Origin: Eledone cirrhosa
Taxonomy: Eukaryota
Reading direction: 5' to 3'
Length of the DNA: 64,000 nt
Assembly: GCA_964016885.1 (NCBI GenBank)
Contig: OZ024741.1
Span: 397,048,001-397,112,000 of the forward strand
Shown: piece after piece, positions 54,173-64,000 of the stretch
How the letters are laid out: the number at the start of each line of letters is the position of its first letter
How positions within the stretch are numbered: the stretch's first letter is position 1
The notes under the pieces: model-generated
The model's database searches: none
What the model saw: the letters and a program-made list of their open reading frames with translations, nothing else
What the model was told of the DNA's origin: nothing
Translations under genes and position numbers: made by a program

Positions 54173-54537
54173 ATATCCCTTCTTCCTCCCGTTAGACCTG
54201 TGCGAAATTCCTTCCTTGCTCACATTTCAACCAGGTTTGATGGTCTTTATTCTCTCGTTGACGATTCCACCGAATTTATATTCATAGAAATCTGGGACTT
54301 GTTTCCTTCTTCCTCTCTTTCTGCTGCTTAAACCATTTTGTTTGTTTACCCTAGCGTCCCCTTTATTTACGTGTCCCAACGACTTTTTTTTAGCCGTTGC
54401 TCGCACCAACCTGAGGTATATGGCCTTTAATGCGACGAAATGCCTACGACGGTTGGAAGGCCACTGATGAGGACAAACTTTTTCATATGTAACCCATTTG
54501 CAGCGCCGCAGCTCCATTATTATCATATTTACACATA

Positions 54538-55110
54538 TATTTTTGAGTTGTTGTCCGGAGAGAAAAGTGTTTGCCCTCAGTCCTTTTAACCTCGTCCACC
54601 ATATTACCTCTTTCGCCATAGCCACGAGACAGAGGAAAACCGCCTCTCCTTCATTCTTAAATGAAGGCGGCGGGGTGATCCTCACGATAGACTCGGCTGA
54701 CAACTGGATGCGTCCCACACGTAACCGTAGCTGTTCGACATAATTCCACAGGTCGGTCACCCCTGGGCACTGAACAATTGCGTGCAGAACGGTTTCGATG
54801 TCCTGCTCGCATCTTGGACAGGTCCTTTTGGCAGGATCTCTGCCAGGGCGTCCGTGCCTGTAGATTTTGTCTCGAATTGGTAGAGCTCTTCGGTAGCACT
54901 GCCAGGCCAGAGACCTCTGGAAGTTATCCATAGGCCCTGGACGGAAAGTCCTCCGAACAGTTCGTCCTCCTCGATGCCTAGAGTTTCCCTGAGAATGTAG
55001 TCGCACTTATCCTCCACTAATCCCCTATAGAATGTCGAGGTGGAGTCTCCGCTGATTGCCGTTTCCGCTTGGTAGAGGGCTGTGAGCGCCTGAAGGCACT
55101 CGAGGTGCCA

Positions 55111-55112
<2 letters not shown>
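54538..55112 (-). mobile_element. L1/Tx1-like ORF2 C-terminal fragment
   Basis: LAWQCYRRALPIRD...CPRC..ETVLHAIVQC zinc-finger region. Confidence 0.8.
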
Positions 55113-55168
<56 letters not shown>

Positions 55169-55202
55169 GAGAGAGATAGAGAGAGAGAGAGGGAGGGAGA
55201 GA

Positions 55203-55244
<42 letters not shown>

Positions 55245-55248
55245 TAGG

Positions 55249-55301
<53 letters not shown>

Positions 55302-55479
55302 GTAACTTGGAATATCAACAAAGTCAAACCCCCACTTCGAATAAATCAATAAAGTTTACTTTATACATTTTTCTCTCATTTGTAAATCGAAACACATATG
55401 CAAGCATACATACTGAGAGGAAGAGAGGAAGATAGTTGTTTACTTAATTACTAAGAGATCGTTTATTTTTAGGACAACA

Positions 55480-55661
55480 CTAGACCACCCGTCACCCGTT
55501 GGGTCACGTTCACTTCAAAATATTTTTAAAAATCATGTTCACTTAAAAATAATTTTTGAATAATTAAAATATACACAGACATGTATATAATGTGAAATGA
55601 AACTGGAAGGCCCATATATATACGTGTGTATGTATATATATAAATGTGTGTGTTTGTATAC

Positions 55662-55705
<44 letters not shown>

Positions 55706-55776
55706 GTGGGTATATGTGATCCATATACACTGGTCATAGACACATACACACATATATACACAACATCACCAGCCCG

Positions 55777-55846
<70 letters not shown>

Positions 55847-56145
55847 ATTCTCCTTCTCTGTCTCCTCTCCCTCTCTCTCTGTCTCTCTTTCAATCTACTA
55901 TCTCACAACCACTATCTCTTTCTCTCAATCTTTATCTCTCTCTCTCTCTGTTTATGAAGGTACCCAGAAAAACCCCATATCTCGAGAACCTGTGGTCCGA
56001 TTTACGCGAAACTTGTTTTAATCCATTTGTATTCCCATTTCAGGGGCAACTCCCATTCAAAGTATTTTCCCATTATGCGCTCTTTTGGCTGTATTACATT
56101 ACAGACAAGCAAGCAAACAATCACAGACTTTTAGTATTATATAGA
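55480..56145 (-). mobile_element. Non-autonomous Helitron with internal microsatellites
   Basis: Minus strand A|TCTATATAATACTAAAA start; hairpin gtgacccaacgggtgac then CTAG|T. Confidence 0.65.
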
Positions 56146-57485
56146 TTACATAAAAATAATAAAATATTTAATATTTAATCACACATAGAGAAAAAGAAAG
56201 TAGTATTGGAGAGGACTATAAATACTATGCGAAGGAGAGAAAGGGCAAGGAGTATTAGGCAACGAAAGAAAGGGGAGAAAGGAGAAATTAGCAGGCCCTA
56301 CACCTAAGTCGGAGCGGTGGTTCGGCTGTACCCGGGGGTTATTAGGCTATCTATCAATTAGAAAGTTTTAGGGTATTTTACAGTTTTTAAGGAATTGAAA
56401 TTTGCACCTGCTTAAAAAATATCTTGAGTCTAAAACAATCTGCGGTTGCTGTAGCCACAGTTTGATAAAACATACAATGGACTGAAGAAGATATCTGACA
56501 TGTCTGCTTTTAATAGAATTTAATAAATCGAAGTTTTTTTTAAATATAAATTCCATTTTCTGAAGTTTCGTATGAATGAATCTGCAATGTAGTTTCGATT
56601 CAAAGTTATTCATTCTACGTCAAATTAAACAACTAATGTAACTTTTGGGGAAGTCGTAGGAGCATCATATTGACAAACGACGTTTCTTGGGCATTTCTCA
56701 GTTTGGCGGAGCCCATCTCCTCTCCGGGTCTGAATACAGGGGAAGGAAAGATAGAGAGTGAGAGAATAGAAGAGAGAAAGAGATATAGAGGAAGAATCGA
56801 CCTCGAATGGATAAAAGGCAAAGTTGACCTCGGCAGGATTTGAACTCAGAGAGCAGAGAGCCGGAACGAATACCGCAAAGCATTCTGACGATCCAACGGC
56901 TCCGCCAATTCGCCTCCTACACACGACCACACAACTAACACACCCGCAAAATACATGATCACCACAGTAGCTCTCTCTCTCTCTCTCTATATTCAAATAT
57001 AAAGCGATTGTGTCCAATCAAAAGAATGCAATACAATATAAGTGGAAAGAGTTTTGGAAAAAATATGAATGAAAATAAACGACTTACATCACCGGTGTTG
57101 TCTTTCTAGTTGTTCCTCTTGGAATGAAACCCTGACAAATTGTTCGCCTAGTATTTTTTGCTGTTTCCAAGCAACAGCGCAAAAAGTAGAGATTGACTTC
57201 TTCAAGTAGTTACGCCCTTAGTTACTAGTGCCTGACGACTGCAGTAAATATTTCTAACAGGACACACCCACGCACACTAGCTTTTCAATTATTGATATGA
57301 CTCGATATTTTGGTTTCGCAAGCAGGACAGGAAAGTGGAGGCGCGTAGCCTAGTGGTAAGTGTATTGGGGTTACAATCATAATGTCGTGGGTTTGATCCC
57401 TGGACTGGGTTGTGTGTTATCGTCTTGAGGAAAACTGACCTGATGAGCCTCCGGGCTTCAGGCAGACTATAGACTTTTTATACAG

Positions 57486-57534
<49 letters not shown>

Positions 57535-57639
57535 CATACATATATATATATGTATGTATATATATATAGGAACGAGTAGGACCCCGACGGCTGAGCTCAA
57601 GCCGTTTCGACATATATATATATATATGACACATGCCTT

Positions 57640-57859
<220 letters not shown>

Positions 57860-58205
57860 TATATGTGTGAAGGCATCTGGCTGAGTGGTTAGAGAATTGG
57901 ATTCACAATCTTGAGCTTGTGAGTTCGATTCCTGGACCGGGCGATGCGTTATGTCCTTGAGCAAGACACTTTATTTCACTTTGCTCCTTCTACCTGGAGT
58001 TGCGACCGATAGATAGTATTAGCAACTGGAAAGACCAATGGAAACATTGTTTCCTCGGTCCGATTTGACGAAAGTCGATCGATCCTTTTTATATATACAT
58101 ATGCACACATATATATGTATATGTATGCGCCTTTACAAACATATAATATTAAATAATTAGTATCTACAAAAATCAGTACTTGTATAAGCATGTGTGTGTG
58201 AGTGA

Positions 58206-58243
<38 letters not shown>

Positions 58244-58250
58244 GCATATA

Positions 58251-58644
58251 CGAGGGCAATCCCAAAAGTAAGGTCTCCTTCCGATATTGCAACTTTTCCG
58301 TTAAAGTCCTGTGGATGGTGCTTCGGGAAACCTCAGGAACCAAAATGCAGAGAGCATCCACAGTGATCCGCCGTTCTTTACGCATGTTTTCCTCGGAAGG
58401 AGACCTTACTTTTGGGATTGCCCTCGTATATAATAACTGCGTGAAATTCGCACGTGGCGGTAGCGTTGAACGGGAGCTCCATTCTCAACGGCTGCCAAGC
58501 CAAGATTGAGCATCCTAGCGAAGCGCGCGCATGCTTGTTTGGGAGTGAAGGAAGCACCAATCACAACAGTGTTGCCAACAGCCGTACGAACAGTTTCTCT
58601 GCATCCCCATCGCTTTGGAGACCTTACTTTTGGGATTACCCTCG
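58251..58644. mobile_element. mariner-type MITE with one left and two right TIRs
   Basis: CGAGGGCAATCCCAAAAGTAAGGTCTCC at 58251; reverse complement at 58399-58426 and 58617-58644; each flanked by TA. Confidence 0.85.
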
Positions 58645-58947
58645 TACATATATTCATACACATTCCCATAGCTACCCTTCCCCGCCACACACACACACAC
58701 ACGTTGTATAGTGGCGTCGGAGTAAGTGGTACCGGCTGAGAGCAATAATAAATTCCGTGCTGATCATATCAACGAAATTCAAATCTTGAGATTTAACGAT
58801 AACAACTTTCGTCAACTCTTCAAGATTCTAGACGACTCTGTTGAAGATAAGATGACAATTTTCTGTCAAATTACTGCCATTTATCATCAGCCTTACCAAA
58901 TATTTTTTGGTATTGTTCTTGGTAATTAGAATACAGCAGAGTTGATT

Positions 58948-59335
58948 TGGCTGTGGAGACTTCTGGTGTCCTTGGCCCTAGGACCACCTCCCTAACACAC
59001 CACCATCGGTACTCCGTAGTAATGGAAACTTCTGGTGTCCTTGGTCCTAGAACCACCTCCCTACTCACCATCATCAGCACCCCGTAGCAGTAGAGACTTC
59101 TGGTGTCCTTGGCCCTAGGACCACCTCCCTACTCACCACCGTCCGTAGTAATGGAAACTTCTGGTGTCCTTGGCTCTAGGACCACCTCCCTACTCACCAT
59201 CATCGGCACAGAGTTGGCTACCCGCAGATGTGAGCCTGGCGAGCCAGAATGGCTCTTTCAGCGCGTCTAACCTCATCATACTCCGGAGAAACTCTTTCTC
59301 TATCCGTGGGGCGGCCAGTGCATGGACCCCCATTT
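58948..59335 (+). mobile_element. CRE-like LINE 3' fragment with internal tandem amplification
   Basis: Four copies of ggaRacttctggtgtccttgg...accacctccct (ETSGVLGP) followed by the CRE C-terminus. Confidence 0.75.
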
Positions 59336-59947
59336 GCTCACAATAGTGAGAGATGGAGAGAATAGGAAAGACGGGGGCGGTGACAGTGGGAGTTTGGTTC
59401 TTTTGTGTTCGGACCTGGTGTATATGTACATGGGAGAGAATGAATTACAGTGTAATGCTTTACAATATTAATCAAGTGACCTCCAGAAAATATTTTCATT
59501 AGGGGGCTACAGTAAAGAGTTGATATTTATTCGCGTTTCGAAGTATTCTCAAACTTCTGACCAAATTTAGATTCACTGGATACGTAACTCACCCGGTCAG
59601 TTGGTAGGTCCCCGACGCCTTGCGTTATTCTAATGTTGTGTATGCTCAAGACCTTTATATAAAGGAGTCTATGTATGTAGATGTTTTAAAGGAGACGTAG
59701 CGCCCGGTACTCTGGAGAATGAGAAAACTCACTTACAAAACGTGCTCCTGGTGTTGAGGGTTGTTCTCTTTATGTGCTGTAAAATAACCACGCAGTAACG
59801 TTCTCTCCTGTTGGCGATTTAGATTGTTTATTCATAATTGTTAAACTTCTTTAAACGATTTTCTGTAAAACCTCCGCCGTCGCGTCTTGTAATGGCTCAT
59901 TTCTCATGCGCCCTCGTGGCAAATAAAGAAATCTATCTATCTATCTA

Positions 59948-60940
59948 CCTCTGGCACACCGAGTGTGCCCAGGCGCTCACGGCTCTCTGGCAGGTGGACC
60001 CGGCTGTCAGTGGAGAATCCACCTCGTCATTCTATAGAGGGCTGGTGGTTAGCAGGTGCGACGACGCCCTCGGAGAAGCCCTAGGCATGGAGGAAGACGA
60101 ACTGGCCAACCTGTTCGGTAGGACATTCAGCCCGGGACCCATGGATAACTTCCAGAGGTCCCTGGCCTGGCAATGCTACAGAAGAGCTCTGCCCGTTCGA
60201 GAAAGGCTCTACAGACACGGGCGCCCGGGTAGGGACCCATCGAAAAAGATCTGTCCCAGATGCGTGTGCGACGAGGAAACCGTTGCACACGCATTGGTAC
60301 ACTGCTCGGGCATTGCCGATCTGTGGGGCTATGTCGAACAACTGCTGTCAAGGGTGGGACCGATCCGGTTGACCACCGAGTCTATTGTAACGATCAAGCC
60401 GCCTCCCCTCTTCAAAAACGAAGGAGAGGCGGTGTTTCTGTGCGTAATAGCCATGGCGAAAGAGGTTGTATGGTGGACGCGTCTGAAAGGACTGAGGTAA
60501 GACACCTTTCTCTCTGGCCAACAACTGGTCCGTTTCTTCCGATATCATTTCGGAAGAAGAATCAGGATGGAGAGAGAGGTACTGCACCCCAGCCGTTTCT
60601 ATGAAAGATGGGTGAAAGTGGCGAGAATGGCCCGTGTGAATGGGCCTTCACTCTACATCAGACTATAGGTGAGGAAGATGAAAGACCAAGGAAGCACCCC
60701 TTCTCTGTGCTCCCGAGGAGAAGGGTTGCACACTTTTTTCGGGGGGGGGCGACCCCCCAAGGCGCCTCCTCTCTACTGAGGACTTTGTTATAAATTTTAT
60801 TTTTTGTTATATTTTATTTTATTTTTATATATTGTTATTGCCTCCTCCTTATTGAGGACGCCTTGTTTTGTAAACTCCCCCCATTGTACTTGTCCCACTT
60901 TTGATGCCCTGGTGGCAAATAAAAGAAACATATCTATCTA
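59948..60940 (+). mobile_element. L1/Tx1-like LINE 3' portion (zf-RVT-like region plus 3' UTR)
   Basis: LAWQCYRRALPVRERL...CPRC..EETVAHALVHC; premature stop at 60500; aataaaagaaacatatctatcta tail; (TCTA)n at the 5' junction. Confidence 0.85.
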
Positions 60941-61954
60941 GTTATCGATCTCAAATTGGTACCAATATATCATTATATTACCAAAAACGACTTTATATTT
61001 TTACGTCTATTTCTCAGATTAGAAAATATACAAATAATGATTTCTAGTATAGGCACAAGGCCTGTAATTGTGTGTGTGGGGGGGGGAGAAAGTCGATTAA
61101 ATAGACTCCAGTGCGTGACTGGTACTTTATTTTATCGACCCCGTAAGGATGAAAGGCAAAGTTAACCTCAGCGGGATTTGAACTCAGACCTTAAAGGACC
61201 TTAACTCTATGCTTCAAAGCATGTTGTCCGACTCTCTACCGATACTGCCAATCCACCGCCCTCAGAAAATATACAAATGATAATAAAACACTCAGTAATT
61301 TGAGTTTTGTGATGAAGAGAACCAGGCTAAACATTTGTAAACTGTAATATTACAAAAGAAACTGAAACAGGAACCGAGAATTACTTTCGGTTTAGGAGCG
61401 AGAGTTTGACTATCAAATATGAGAGTTTAGTTTCAATTCTTCTTCTTCTTCTTCTTCTTCTTCTTCTTCTTCTTCTTCTTCTTCTTCTTGTGAGAGTCCT
61501 GCAGGCACAATCCTCAAACACTCCTTCCAACGGATCTTGTCAGAAGCATCCGTTTCCAATTGATACGGCTGGATCCCCAAGCGAGACCTGCCGCGTTCAT
61601 GGATGTTATCCAACTATCTTTCTCGGTTGGGGGTGGGGTCAATCTTTGGGTCTCCTGCCAGTTGGTTTCGCCCGTAAAAATCTATCCAGCGATTCTTTCC
61701 TGAGACATCCTAATCTCATTCCCATAGTATCTCAGAGTTGTGATCTCTAATTTCAATAGTATCCCGTCTTTAAACGTCCGTGTAGAGCTAGTAAGCCATG
61801 ACAGACTAGGAGAAGTATCTAGTACTCCTTACAGTTGGTAATCAAAAAGAGTTAGTGAGACAAGTAATAGAAAAGAAAAAAGAACAGAAAAAAAATAAAT
61901 GATAAAAATTTGAAATATTGAAGGCTAATGGAAAGCAGATTATGTCTAAGACAT

Positions 61955-62141
61955 GGCGGTGGATTGGCAGTATCGGTAGAGGGTCGGACACCATGCTTTG
62001 ACGCATAGAGTTACGGCCCTTGCCATTCTGAGATCAAATCCCGCCGAGGTTAACTTTGCCTTTCATCCTTACGGGGTCGATAAAATAAAGTACCAGTAAT
62101 GCACTGGGGTAATTGCTGGCCTTGTGCCAAAAGTAGAAACA
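61955..62141 (+). mobile_element. Full-length main-family SINE with 15-bp TSD
   Basis: attatgtctaagaca at 61939-61953 and 62142-62156. Confidence 0.9.
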
Positions 62142-63148
62142 ATTATGTCTAAGACAACGAAAAGGAAAAAGAGGAAAGAAGGGAAGCTCTAGATGTTTCT
62201 GTTGTTGAATCTTTCCCTAGCTTCCATCCACTCAAAGATTTGGTTTATATTTGGTAAATCTGTAATTATATATTGAACTTCCAATCTTGGTAGTTTTTTT
62301 AAAGATTAGTTTCAAGTAAATAATTCTAAGATGATATTATATGTAAATAAGTGAGAGCATCTGGAATGGTTTATTTGGCTTCTATTTCTCTCCTCCTCCG
62401 CTTCCTCCTCCCCCTCTTCCCCTCCTCCTCCCTATCCTCCTCCCCCTCTCTCTCCTCCTCCTGCTGCTCCCCCCCCTCCTCCTCCTCCCTATTCTCTCCC
62501 TACCATTTTACTCACACCTCAACACTTGTTAAACATCTGTGTTGTTCGCTAAATATCCTATTTACACGAGACTAACAACAACTCGTCTCTGCTCTTTTAA
62601 AATGTATCTGTTCTCTTTGATGTGGATTTAAAGCCAACGGATTGTCTTTCTTTTCTCTCTCTCTGTCTTTATATATATATATATATATTTCCCCTTTCTC
62701 TGTATCGCTCACTTTCTTTTTACCCCCTCTGCCAGTCACTCTCTCAGTTAACCTCTTCCTCACGCTTTCACTCACTCACTCTCTGCTACTCCCTCTCCAT
62801 CACTTCCTCCCGTTTGACCTGTGTGAAATCCTTTTCGCGCTCACATTTCACCCAGGTTGGATGGTCTTTATTCTCTCTCGTCTACGATTTCACAGAACTT
62901 ATGTTCATCGATTTCAGGGACTTGACTCCTTCTTCCTCACTTTTCGTTGCATTACCATCTTTGATTGTTTACTGTCTCGCTCGTTCCCCCTATTTACGTG
63001 TCCCAACGACTTTCTTTAGCCGTTGTTCGCACCAACCGGAGGTATATGATCTTTAAAGCGATGAAATACCAATGAAGGTTGGAAGATCACTGATGAAGGA
63101 CTAATTTTATTCATATGTAACCCATTTGCAACCACGCAGCATGCCATT

Positions 63149-63283
<135 letters not shown>

Positions 63284-63310
63284 TTGGATGGGATCACCCA
63301 TTTAAACTCG

Positions 63311-63356
<46 letters not shown>

Positions 63357-63409
63357 TCGTTTTTTCTCTTCCTTGATCAATAAAAGTCCTTGGGCGTGCC
63401 GCTGATCGC

Positions 63410-63640
63410 TTTTGATGTCCTGTATTGAGCGCCGAAACATCTGTGATCTACGGTTTACAGGATTTCTTCTCTTATTTCGTCCATATTACCATCCTAAACT
63501 TTGTTATAATTACAAGAAATGAAAAGAGCTGTCTGGTTACTGTAAACAAAGTTTAGGATGGTAATATGGACGAAACAAGAGAAGAAATCCTGTAAACCGT
63601 AGATCACAGATGTTTCGGCGCTCAATACAGGACATCAAAA
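63410..63640. repeat. Fold-back overlapping a degenerate HHR
   Basis: About 63410-63502 inverted at about 63549-63640. Confidence 0.8.
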
Positions 63641-64000
63641 TTATATATATATAACGAAGGAATTGAGGTAAAGAACCAGATGGACCATAACGCACCAGAG
63701 TACTCAATACTTAGGGTAGTAGAGTGGGTAATAGGAAAAGGTATGACCCCTACGGCAGTCCAGAAATAGCCGTCGAAACGACTTGAACTCTGCCGTCGAG
63801 GTCATACCTTTTCCTATATATATATATAGTATAGTAAAGGTGTTCCAACATAGCTATATAACACATACTTGTATGTGTTATATACAGGATGTTTATGAAA
63901 AGCATTCGATAGCCCTCCGCTAAGAATGTTGTTCAAGGTTGTGGCCGCCGTCACACCTTAGTCCCAACAAAAACAGGGGAAACAACCGACAACATTGTTT

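Noticed and set aside
56368-56613. Possible host exon on the minus strand (ttgcag...CAG/gtgcaa)
   Set aside because: Weak splice signals, no recognisable protein and no partner exons; the same applies to 58726-58929
57436-57475. CTGATGA-GCCT...AGGC as an HHR
   Set aside because: No GAAA after the stem; may be a SINE tail remnant
59520-59565. GAAGT...ACTTC-GAAACGCG (minus strand) as an HHR
   Set aside because: No acceptable CUGANGA box, NUH site or stem I

Overview
Repeat-dominated, AT-rich animal (non-bacterial) DNA with no host gene that I can support. The SINE families and the (TA)n/(TG)n/(GA)n load suggest an octopus-like cephalopod, which is inference only. Most listed ORFs are microsatellite artefacts. 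Supported content: two 5'-truncated Penelope-like elements (GIY-YIG) with inverted pLTRs; fragments of R4/Dong, CRE, RTE and L1/Tx1 LINEs; a complete non-coding Gypsy-type LTR element (tRNA-Trp PBS, PPT, 4-bp TSD); hAT and Tc1/mariner MITEs; two non-autonomous Helitrons; more than 25 tRNA-derived SINE copies; several minisatellites; and a 200-N gap. The main signal, read by eye, is a dense and diverse set of type I hammerhead-ribozyme (HHR) motifs. There are about 8 sequence families with near-canonical cores plus degenerate ones, mostly in small non-coding tandem or fold-back units inside (TA)n tracts. These look like retrozyme- or Penelope-derived non-autonomous elements. Folding was manual and activity is untested.
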